From an uncultured Parabacteroides sp. (GTDB lineage: Bacteria > Bacteroidota > Bacteroidia > Bacteroidales > Tannerellaceae): 64,000 nt of DNA. The stretch spans positions 35,685 to 99,684 of the forward strand of contig CAUWMZ010000002.1 in assembly GCA_963560035.1 (NCBI GenBank), written 5' to 3'. Of this stretch, positions 10,588 to 18,761 are shown piece after piece (position 1 is the stretch's first letter; every line of letters starts with the position of its first letter). The translations under genes were made by a program, and so were the position numbers. Below the pieces are notes generated by a model that had not been told where the DNA came from, made no database searches, and worked only from the letters and a program-made list of their open reading frames with translations.

Positions 10588-11497
10588 CATTTTTCTGATT
10601 TTAGAAGATTATATTGTAAATGGACAATTTTTAAAAGTTGTTCGAGATGATCTTTACCCTTTTGTTGGAGGAGGAATTAAGGCTCGAAAAGCTATAGCTT
10701 ATGAAAAGTATTTGAAAAAAAATAATTATGATGCTGTTGTTACATGTGGAGGCATACAAAGTAATCATAATCGTGCTATTGCTTTGCTTTGCTCAAAAAA
10801 TGGGTGGAAATGCCATTTGTGTATTCAAGGGTCTGATGAACGTTTTTTAGATGAAAAAGGGAACGCATTGCTGTGTCGTTTAAGTGGTGCAGAATATGAG
10901 TGTATTACTCCTGAAAGAACAGCAACAGCAATGGATGCTGCGATGTTAAAACTACAAAGTGAGGGCTTTAATCCTTTTTATATAATAGGAGGAGGTCATA
11001 ATTTGCCAGGAGGAACATGTTTTGTAGATGCAGTAAAAGAATTAAAAAGGCAATGTGATAAAATTGCATATAAGCCAGATTATATATTTTTGGCTTCAGG
11101 AACAGGATCTACGCAAGCTGGTATTTTAGTTGGCTTAGATTTAGTTGGTTGGGGGGATGTTAAATGTATAGGGATATCGGTTGCTCGTCAACAGGGACGA
11201 GGAAAGCGTGTGATCGCTGAGTTTGCTAATATGTTAGCACATTATTATAATATACCAAAGGATTATACAAAGAGCGTTTATTTTAACGATAATTATCTTT
11301 TTGGTGGATATGAGCGATATGTTTTTGAAATGGAGGATTATTTAAAACAAATGACGCGATTGACAGGAATGATATTTGATACAACATATTCTGGAAAAGG
11401 CTTTTATGGCATGATGTGTGAAATAGAAAAACATCATTTACAAGATAAGCGTATTTTATTTTGGCATACGGGAGGATTAATGAATTTAATGAAATAG
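10580..11497 (+). CDS. PLP-dependent enzyme, ACC deaminase/D-cysteine desulfhydrase family (D-CDes-type residues)
   Basis: RDDL..GGGIKARK (PLP lysine), GGIQSNHNR, SGTGSTQAG, DTTYSGK and FWHTGG. YSGK/HTGG resemble D-cysteine desulfhydrases rather than true ACC deaminases (YEGK/HLGG). Confidence 0.85.
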   Translation: MSNIFLILEDYIVNGQFLKVVRDDLYPFVGGGIKARKAIAYEKYLKKNNYDAVVTCGGIQSNHNRAIALLCSKNGWKCHLCIQGSDERFLDEKGNALLCRLSGAEYECITPERTATAMDAAMLKLQSEGFNPFYIIGGGHNLPGGTCFVDAVKELKRQCDKIAYKPDYIFLASGTGSTQAGILVGLDLVGWGDVKCIGISVARQQGRGKRVIAEFANMLAHYYNIPKDYTKSVYFNDNYLFGGYERYVFEMEDYLKQMTRLTGMIFDTTYSGKGFYGMMCEIEKHHLQDKRILFWHTGGLMNLMK

Positions 11498-11501
11498 TAT
11501 T

Positions 11502-13013
11502 ATGTATTTTTCATCGGATGTAAGGGAACAACTACCACCATTATCATGGTTGGTTATTATGCGAAAAGGTGAAGAAGAAGTTAAGATACTTCGAGGAGTA
11601 CGTGTAGAATGTGAAAAAAATTTTTTTGTTTCAGGTTGTTGGGATGGTGATTTTGAAGCCGTTGATTTTTTGAATGCGCATTTTGCTTGTTGTACAGGAG
11701 GTATCATTGGGAAACACGAAGAGCTTAAATTATGTACTCCAGATCACATGCAAGAATCGATATATTCTGTAAAAAAAGACAATATATATTATTTTTCTAA
11801 TTCTATTGCGTTTATTTTAGCTAAGTTAGAGTATGAATTAGATAAAGGATATATGTTTTATGAGGAAGATTTTAATTCTGTATATTTTGGAATTAAGAGA
11901 TGCGTTAATAATCTTAGATTAGCAAATGGCGAAATATTGACAATGCATAGACTTTGTAATATTTCTATTGATAAAGATTTTAACGTAAAAACAGAAAGAC
12001 GTACTAGTGGTTTGCATTTTTATAATTTTAATGATTATTATAGCAAGTTGTTATGTACGATGAAAAAAATTCGAGATAATGCACAATCTGTATATCGAAA
12101 GTTTCAGTATGGAATGGTTACAACAATTTCTAGAGGATATGATGCTCCATGTGTATCTGTAATTGCTCATGAAATAGGATGTGACAAAGCATTAACTTTT
12201 AACTCTCCTGCTAAATACAAAGAAGATAATGGAGCTGAAATTGCTCGAAAGTTAGGCTTTTCTTCAATAGAAGAAGGAGATGGAAACTTGTATAAAAGTA
12301 ATACGGATTTATGGGAAGCAGAAAATTCAGGAAGTGGAGCGACTGGTTGTGCTGTACAGTTTAATGCGTTTGAAAAAAATTATGAAAATTGTCTTCTTTT
12401 TATGGGGGTGCGTGGAGACTCTTTATGGAATAAAAATGCAGTTGGAGTAAATAGTGATATGGATTATCTTTCTTTAGATACTGATGCAGATCTCAATTTT
12501 GAACATTATTATAGGACAAATACTATAGTGATATATCTTCCTATGTTTGCAGCAGATAGTTGGCCAGATATTCATCGTATTTCAAATAGTGAAGAAATGA
12601 AATCTTGGTGTACTAATAATAATTATGATAGACCTATACCTAGGAGAATTGTTGAGTCAAAAGGCATAGAGCGTAAAGATTTTGGATATGCCAAAATGGG
12701 AGCTGGTATATCTTTGCACTTTGAAACATTAGGGAGATTAAAAAATAAAATGTCACCAATGTCGTATAAATCGTTGTTGGATTTTAAAAAGTCGTTACAT
12801 AGAAATATATTTCAACATGTTTCTATGTATTTCTATGTGATAAAATATTATTTTTATAATTATCACTTTTATTTCAATTATTTATTTGATAGATTCCATA
12901 TTCCAATTTCTTTAAAGGATAGGAGAAAAAAATATATGAGTTCTCCTATTTCTTCTTTATTGATTTTATGGGGAATGTCAGAAATGAAAAAACGATACAA
13001 AAAAGCGTTATAA
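11502..13013 (+). CDS. Hypothetical protein; probable asparagine-synthetase (AsnB)-like ATP-dependent amide synthetase fold
   Basis: TISRGYDAPCVSVIA resembles the SGGLDS PP-loop; LFMGVRGDSLW resembles LSGEGGDELF; DRPIPRRIVE...AKMG resembles the K.LLR...R.K.GF region. No N-terminal Cys. Motif matches are by eye only. Confidence 0.5.
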   Translation: MYFSSDVREQLPPLSWLVIMRKGEEEVKILRGVRVECEKNFFVSGCWDGDFEAVDFLNAHFACCTGGIIGKHEELKLCTPDHMQESIYSVKKDNIYYFSNSIAFILAKLEYELDKGYMFYEEDFNSVYFGIKRCVNNLRLANGEILTMHRLCNISIDKDFNVKTERRTSGLHFYNFNDYYSKLLCTMKKIRDNAQSVYRKFQYGMVTTISRGYDAPCVSVIAHEIGCDKALTFNSPAKYKEDNGAEIARKLGFSSIEEGDGNLYKSNTDLWEAENSGSGATGCAVQFNAFEKNYENCLLFMGVRGDSLWNKNAVGVNSDMDYLSLDTDADLNFEHYYRTNTIVIYLPMFAADSWPDIHRISNSEEMKSWCTNNNYDRPIPRRIVESKGIERKDFGYAKMGAGISLHFETLGRLKNKMSPMSYKSLLDFKKSLHRNIFQHVSMYFYVIKYYFYNYHFYFNYLFDRFHIPISLKDRRKKYMSSPISSLLILWGMSEMKKRYKKAL

Positions 13014-13014
13014 T

Positions 13015-14022
13015 ATGAATATTCTATTTACATGCGCAGGAAGGCGCACATACCTATTGAAATATTTTAGGGAAAATATGTGCGCAGAAGATAAGATTGT
13101 GGCAACAGATATGCAGCTTTCTGCTCCTGCTTTGCAGGCTGCAGATATAAAAATTCAGGTGCCAGCTGTATATGATCCGCAGTATTTAGATATTACACTG
13201 AATATCTGTCAGGATCAAAATATTGATTTGCTTATTAGCTTGAATGACTTGGAGTTGCCTATTCTTTCTGAGAATAAGGCTCGTTTTGAAAATTTGGGTG
13301 TGAAGGTGCTTGTATCAGATCCTGATATAATTAATATTTGTTTTGATAAATATAAAACAGCGCAATGGGTTGAATCTATTGGTATAGCTTCTCCAAAGAC
13401 TTATGTTCGTCTGGAAGATGTCAAAAGGGCTTTAGAGACAGGAGAGATTGCGTTTCCTCTGTTTATGAAACCTCGTTGGGGGTCAGGCTCTATCGGTTTG
13501 GAGTCAATTGCTGATATAGAGGAATTAGATATTTATTATCACTTATTGATGAAAAAAATCAAGAGATCTATTTTAGCGACAGCCTCTATTGGTGATGAGT
13601 ATATTATTATTCAAGAGAAGTTGATTGGAAATGAATTTGGATTGGATGTGATGAATGATTTGGAAGGGAGTAATGTGGCGGTTTCTGTTAAGCGGAAATT
13701 GGCAATGCGTGCTGGTGAGACAGATAAGGCTGAAACTATAGATCTTCCGAATGTTCGAGAAATGGGTCGAAAGATCGGAAGTATGTTAAGGCATATTGGA
13801 AATTTGGATGTGGATATTATGCAAAGAGCAAATGGTGATTATTGTGTTTTAGAGTTAAATCCACGATTTGGAGGAGGTTTCCCTTTTAGTTATGAAGCGG
13901 GTGTTAATATGCCAAAGGCTATTATTCAATGGATCAAAGGAGAAAAAGTGAATCCATCTATATTAGTTCCACAATATGGTAAAACGTTTTCAAAAAATGA
14001 TTATTTAGTGGAGATAAAATAA
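13015..14022 (+). CDS. ATP-grasp domain protein (carbamoyl-phosphate-synthase-like/PylC-like amide ligase)
   Basis: NILFTCAGRR, ICFDKY, FMKPRWGSGSIG, IQEKLIGNEF and ELNPRFGGG motifs. Confidence 0.85.
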   Translation: MNILFTCAGRRTYLLKYFRENMCAEDKIVATDMQLSAPALQAADIKIQVPAVYDPQYLDITLNICQDQNIDLLISLNDLELPILSENKARFENLGVKVLVSDPDIINICFDKYKTAQWVESIGIASPKTYVRLEDVKRALETGEIAFPLFMKPRWGSGSIGLESIADIEELDIYYHLLMKKIKRSILATASIGDEYIIIQEKLIGNEFGLDVMNDLEGSNVAVSVKRKLAMRAGETDKAETIDLPNVREMGRKIGSMLRHIGNLDVDIMQRANGDYCVLELNPRFGGGFPFSYEAGVNMPKAIIQWIKGEKVNPSILVPQYGKTFSKNDYLVEIK

Positions 14023-14148
14023 AGTTTACGTCAGATAGAGTAGAAATAGAGATATAAATTTTTATTCTGTGAATTGATATTTTAATATTTATCAAAAGAA
14101 ATCAGGTTTGGATATTTTTGAAAAGCATATTAATATTTGAAATATCAG

Positions 14149-14156
14149 TACTTTTG
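14149..14156 (+). promoter_or_regulatory. Bacteroidota sigma-A -7 box (TACTTTTG), internal promoter for the aminotransferase
   Basis: Exact TAnnTTTG match 25 nt before the ATG, in the only long (159 bp) intergenic gap of the locus; no clear -33 box. Confidence 0.5.
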
Positions 14157-14181
14157 CATAAATAATAAAAGTTTAGTATAG

Positions 14182-15444
14182 ATGATTGAAGAGAGAAAGA
14201 CTATATACCTTTGTTTGGCGCATATGTCGGAGGATGGTATTGAGCAGAAATATGTAAAAGAGGCTTTTGACACGAATTGGGTTGTGCCATTGGGACCGAA
14301 CGTGAATGCTTTTGAGGAAGACTTGAAAGAGTTTGTTGGCGGAAAGAATGAGATTGTGGCCTTATCAGCCGGTACTGCCGCTGTGCATTTGGCTTTGTTG
14401 GCTTGTGGCGTTGGACAGGGTGATGAGGTGTTGGTGCAGAGCTTTACTTTCTGCGCTTCGTCTCATCCTATTACTTATTTGGGGGCTTCTCCTGTGTTTA
14501 TCGATTCTGAACCTAATACGTGGAATATGGATCCTGACTTGTTGGAAACGGCTATTAAGGATCGGATAGAGAAGACCGGAAAGAAGCCGAAGGCGATAGT
14601 CCCTGTCGCATTGTATGGTATGCCGTATGACTGTATGCGTATTATGGAGATAGCGAATCGTTATGATATACCGGTGGTGGAAGATGCGGCTGAGGGATTT
14701 GGATCTCGTTTTAATGGACAAGTATTGGGTACGTTTGGTAAATTTGGCGTATTGTCTTTTAATGGTAATAAGATGATTACGACTTCCGGAGGTGGCGCCT
14801 TGATTTGTCAAAATATGGAAGATAAGAACAAAATCATGTGGTATGCTACACAGGCTCGTGAGGCTTATCCGTATTATCAGCATGAGGAGATCGGCTATAA
14901 TTATCGTATGAGTAATATTTGTGCCGGTATTGGTCGTGGCCAGATGACAGTGGCAGATGATCATATCGCGCATCATAAGCATGTTCAAGCTTTATATGAG
15001 AAGTTGTTGGGAGATGTGAATGGGGTTACTGTTCATGCGCAACCGACATTTGGTGAATATGACTCTAATTTTTGGCTTTGTACAATTACATTAGATCCAT
15101 CTTTGAAGATATTAGGTCAGGAAAATGCATATAAGGAGGTGATTAAGACGGCTGTTGGTGGTGCGGCAGGCGTTATTCATGCGGTAGATTCAGCGACAAC
15201 GGATTGTCAGCCGAATGAAAATGTGGAGGCATTACGTGTCTATTTGTTATCGAAGAAAATAGAATCTCGTCCGGTATGGAAACCTATGCATAAACAGCCG
15301 GTTTATAAACATGCGGTGGCTTATGTAAACGGCGTTTCTGAATCGATATTTAAGGTGGGTATGTGTCTCCCTGCGGGACCTTATGTGTCTGATGAGGATG
15401 TTAAGTATATCGTCTCCTCAATAAAGGAGGCTATTGTTGGCTAA
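14182..15444 (+). CDS. DegT/DnrJ/EryC1/StrS family sugar aminotransferase (PglE-like)
   Basis: SAGTAAVHLAL, FTFCAS, VEDAAEGFG, SFNGNKMITTSGGG, GYNYRMSN and ESRPVWKPMH motifs. Confidence 0.92.
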   Translation: MIEERKTIYLCLAHMSEDGIEQKYVKEAFDTNWVVPLGPNVNAFEEDLKEFVGGKNEIVALSAGTAAVHLALLACGVGQGDEVLVQSFTFCASSHPITYLGASPVFIDSEPNTWNMDPDLLETAIKDRIEKTGKKPKAIVPVALYGMPYDCMRIMEIANRYDIPVVEDAAEGFGSRFNGQVLGTFGKFGVLSFNGNKMITTSGGGALICQNMEDKNKIMWYATQAREAYPYYQHEEIGYNYRMSNICAGIGRGQMTVADDHIAHHKHVQALYEKLLGDVNGVTVHAQPTFGEYDSNFWLCTITLDPSLKILGQENAYKEVIKTAVGGAAGVIHAVDSATTDCQPNENVEALRVYLLSKKIESRPVWKPMHKQPVYKHAVAYVNGVSESIFKVGMCLPAGPYVSDEDVKYIVSSIKEAIVG

Positions 15445-15488
15445 AGGAATGGATATTGATATGAATGTATCGTATTTATAGAGATAGG

Positions 15489-15522
15489 AGGTTGGACTTT
15501 GACTGAAAGTCCAACCTTTTTT
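15489..15522 (+). terminator. Intrinsic terminator ending the first polysaccharide locus
   Basis: 12-bp perfect stem AGGTTGGACTTT/AAAGTCCAACCT, loop GACTG, T-run. Confidence 0.85.
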
Positions 15523-15627
15523 GTTTGCGAGAGAATAGGCCTGTCACATTCTTATTTTTGTACTTTCGCGTAATTGTTGCATGTGGATCTTCCGAAAGGA
15601 GGATGTCTGTGGTATATCTGGTTTATA

Positions 15628-17061
15628 ATGGCGGAACAATCATTGAAAGAGAAGACAGCGAAAGGGCTTTTTTGGGGTGGCTTAAGCAATGGGGCGATGC
15701 AAGTCGTGGGGCTTGTTGTGGGAATTATCTTATTGAAATTCTTGTCTCCTGATGATTATGGTATTGTTGGGTTGTTGACGATATTTTCCGGAATCGCTTC
15801 GACGATACAGGAGAGTGGTTTTACGATGGCGTTAGTTAATAGGTCCGGATTTAAACATGAGGATTATAACGCTGTTTTTTGGTTTAATGTCGTTGTAGGA
15901 TGGGGATTATATTTGATCTTGTTTCTGTTGGCGCCTTGTATCGCCGCCTTTTATGGGAAGCCCGAACTGGTCTCTTTATCCCGTTTCTCGTTTCTTTCTT
16001 TCGCGGTAGCGAGCATGGGTATCGCTCATAATGCGTTGTTGATGAAAGAACTGAAGGTAAAGGAGCGTTCGGAGGCTGACATTATAGCGATTTCCCTTTC
16101 AGGTGTGATAGCGATTTTATTGGCTTTAAAAGGTTATGGCTATTGGACGTTGGTGATACAACAGTTTGTTTATACATCGTCGTGGAGTTTACTTCGTTGG
16201 CGTTTTTCTTCATGGAGACCGACTTTTCATTGGGATATGCGACCGTTGAAAGAGATGTTTAGTTTTAGTCTTAAGTTATTGTTCTCTTCGATTATTACCC
16301 AAGTGCACGCTAATATTTTTTCGGTTTTGCTGGGTAAATTTAATACGGTAGCGAATGTGGGTTATTTTGCGCAAGGAACGAAATGGGCTAATATGGGCTC
16401 GATGTTGATTAATGGCATGGTGAGTGGTGTGGCGCAACCTGTGTTTGTGGAGGTTCAAGCAGAAAGGGAGCGACTGGTGCAAGTGTTTCGTAAATTATTG
16501 CGTTTTGTATCGTTTGTCTCATTTCCTCTTATGTTAGGATTAGCTTTTGTTGGTCAGGAGTTCATCGGTATGATCAATAGCGATTGGTTGCCAAGTGTTC
16601 CAATTTTGCAAATGTATTGTGTAGCTGGCGCATTCGCTCCGATACAGGTGCTGTATAGTCAAATGATAGTCAGTCAAGGTCGTTCTGATTTTTATTTTTG
16701 GTGTACAATATTGTATGCTTGCGCACAGATAGGTGTAGCTTGCTGGGCTTTGCGTTATGGTATTTATTGGATGGCTTGCGCAAATATGTTGGTGTCATTT
16801 ATCTATTTAGGAGTATGGCATCTTTTTGCCGGTCGAGTGTTGTCGATATGTTTATGGGCTGTATTGAAAGATATAGCTCCTTATTTAATAATTGTCTCGA
16901 TTTGTTTTGGTTGTGCGTGGGCTGCGCTTTATGCCGTGGATAACAATTTCTTAAGGTTTTTTGGAAAGATCATGATATCTGCGCTTCTTTATGTAGGGGC
17001 GATGTGGAAATTGGATTCTGTGGTATTTAAGGAGAGTGTTCGTTTTTTTATTAAGAAATAG
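15628..17061 (+). CDS. wzx: Polysaccharide flippase (WzxC-like lipopolysaccharide biosynthesis protein)
   Basis: MAEQSLKEKTAKGLFWG start (ATG 15628 preferred to the ORF-track start); LSPDDYG, ESGFTMALV and VGYFAQG; many TMs. Confidence 0.85.
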   Translation: MAEQSLKEKTAKGLFWGGLSNGAMQVVGLVVGIILLKFLSPDDYGIVGLLTIFSGIASTIQESGFTMALVNRSGFKHEDYNAVFWFNVVVGWGLYLILFLLAPCIAAFYGKPELVSLSRFSFLSFAVASMGIAHNALLMKELKVKERSEADIIAISLSGVIAILLALKGYGYWTLVIQQFVYTSSWSLLRWRFSSWRPTFHWDMRPLKEMFSFSLKLLFSSIITQVHANIFSVLLGKFNTVANVGYFAQGTKWANMGSMLINGMVSGVAQPVFVEVQAERERLVQVFRKLLRFVSFVSFPLMLGLAFVGQEFIGMINSDWLPSVPILQMYCVAGAFAPIQVLYSQMIVSQGRSDFYFWCTILYACAQIGVACWALRYGIYWMACANMLVSFIYLGVWHLFAGRVLSICLWAVLKDIAPYLIIVSICFGCAWAALYAVDNNFLRFFGKIMISALLYVGAMWKLDSVVFKESVRFFIKK

Positions 17062-17071
17062 GCAGAGAGAT

Positions 17072-17983
17072 ATGGATGTTTCAATCATTATCGTAAACTA
17101 TAATACGCGACAATTGCTGCAAGATTGTATCCGTTCGCTTTACGAGAAAACCAAGCGGTGCACATTTGAGGTGATCGTTGTAGATAATCATTCTTTGGAG
17201 TTGATAGAGGAAAATGATTTTCAGGAGTATCCTCAATGTCAAGTGCTTTGGATGAAAGATAATTTGGGCTTTGGAAAGGCGAATAATGAAGGTATAAAGA
17301 TCGCCAAGGGAGAGTTTGTGTTGTTCCTTAATTCGGATACGCTTTTGATAAATGACGCAGTATCGGAACTGTGCGATTATATGCGGAAGCATAAGAAGGT
17401 AGGTGTTTGTGGCGGAAATTTATATACTAAAGAGGGTTTGCCCAATATGTCTTATACAATGACATTTCCAACGGTGTCAGATTATTTCTCGTTGCTTCTT
17501 GGCTTAAAAAGGCGCACTGTGGAGGAGCTGTTTAATAAGGATAATCGGGCGAAGGCTATTGGAGGATATATATCGGGCGCTGACTTAATGATGCGGAGGG
17601 AGTTCTTAGAGCGTTATGGAGGATTTGATCCGGATTTCTTTATGTATTTTGAAGATGTGGAACTTTGTTATCGAGCAAGTCGATATGGTCTTGAGATACA
17701 TTCGGTTCCATCTGCACAAATTATACATTTGCAAGGCGGTTCTACCTTGGTGAAAGGTGAAGGCATGAAGACTCGTTCTCGGGCTTATCTTTTGCGAAGT
17801 GAGTTTCTCTATTTTAGAAAAAGGTCGAATCGTATGGCTCTTCGGCTGTTATGGCTAGGATATTGGATGAAGACATGGGGGGCCTTGTTTATTTATTCAT
17901 GCTTGAGACGTTCGCAGAGAGTGAATTATTGGAAAACAATGTGGAGTGTATTAAGGGATGTGCGCGATGAAAAAATTGTATGA
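17072..17983 (+). CDS. Glycosyltransferase family 2 (rhamnosyltransferase-like)
   Basis: MDVSIIIVNYN, VVDNHS, NLGFGKANN, FLNSDT and FFMYFEDVELC motifs. Confidence 0.9.
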   Translation: MDVSIIIVNYNTRQLLQDCIRSLYEKTKRCTFEVIVVDNHSLELIEENDFQEYPQCQVLWMKDNLGFGKANNEGIKIAKGEFVLFLNSDTLLINDAVSELCDYMRKHKKVGVCGGNLYTKEGLPNMSYTMTFPTVSDYFSLLLGLKRRTVEELFNKDNRAKAIGGYISGADLMMRREFLERYGGFDPDFFMYFEDVELCYRASRYGLEIHSVPSAQIIHLQGGSTLVKGEGMKTRSRAYLLRSEFLYFRKRSNRMALRLLWLGYWMKTWGALFIYSCLRRSQRVNYWKTMWSVLRDVRDEKIV

Positions 17984-18761
17984 GGGAGTTTGTAAACAAA
18001 TTCGTAAACTGTTTTATTTGAGTAAGCCCTATCTTTCTTGGATTCTTGCTTCTTTACGTGGTGTAAAGCCATTGAAGGCGCACGAGATACCGATTATTAT
18101 TAATAACAGAAATCGGTATTCTTGTTTGAAACGTTTAATAGCAGCGCTGGAATCGAGAGGCTATCGTAATATTTATGTGATAGATAACGCTTCAACTTAT
18201 CCACCATTGTTGGAATATTATGAAAAAGAATATTCTTATCGATTGATTCGATTAGAGAAGAATGTGGGACATTTATCGTTGTGGCGAACGGGATTGATAG
18301 ATCGTTTTCGTTCAAATTATTTTGTCTATACTGATCCTGATGTCTTGCCGATAGAAGATTGCCCTTCTGATTTTCTGGACTGTTTTTTAGCTTATTTAAA
18401 GCGACATCCTTTTGTGGAAAAGGTGGGTTTTGCGTTGAAGATAGATGATTTGCCGGATGAATATGATAAAAAGTCTCAGGTAATAGCTTGGGAGAGTCAA
18501 TTTTGGAGACGGAAGAGTTTGGAGGGAAATATCGCCTTTTATAAAGCGGCTATAGATACAACTTTTGCGCTTTATCGACCGATGTATATTGAAGGAGGAT
18601 TCCTTTCGTCGCCTCATGTACGTGTAGGCTATCCTTATGAAGCACGTCATTTACCTTGGTACAACGATTCGTCTTGTCTGGATGAGGAAGAACGTTATTA
18701 TTTGAATCATTGCGAGACGCCTTCCCATTGGAGTAAAGGAGACGTCTTGCGTGGATTATGA
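17967..18761 (+). CDS. Glycosyltransferase family 2-like protein
   Basis: IIINNRNR, VIDNASTYPPL, FVYTDPD and AAIDTTFALY; overlaps the previous stop codon. Confidence 0.7.
   Translation: MKKLYEGVCKQIRKLFYLSKPYLSWILASLRGVKPLKAHEIPIIINNRNRYSCLKRLIAALESRGYRNIYVIDNASTYPPLLEYYEKEYSYRLIRLEKNVGHLSLWRTGLIDRFRSNYFVYTDPDVLPIEDCPSDFLDCFLAYLKRHPFVEKVGFALKIDDLPDEYDKKSQVIAWESQFWRRKSLEGNIAFYKAAIDTTFALYRPMYIEGGFLSSPHVRVGYPYEARHLPWYNDSSCLDEEERYYLNHCETPSHWSKGDVLRGL

Noticed and set aside
10580-11497. True ACC deaminase
   Set aside because: It has YSGK and HTGG rather than the Glu/Leu residues diagnostic of ACC deaminases.
14075-14148. Imperfect inverted repeat (TGATATTT...AAATATCA) before the aminotransferase
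   Set aside because: Only 8 bp match well in a very AT-rich stretch; not distinguishable from chance.
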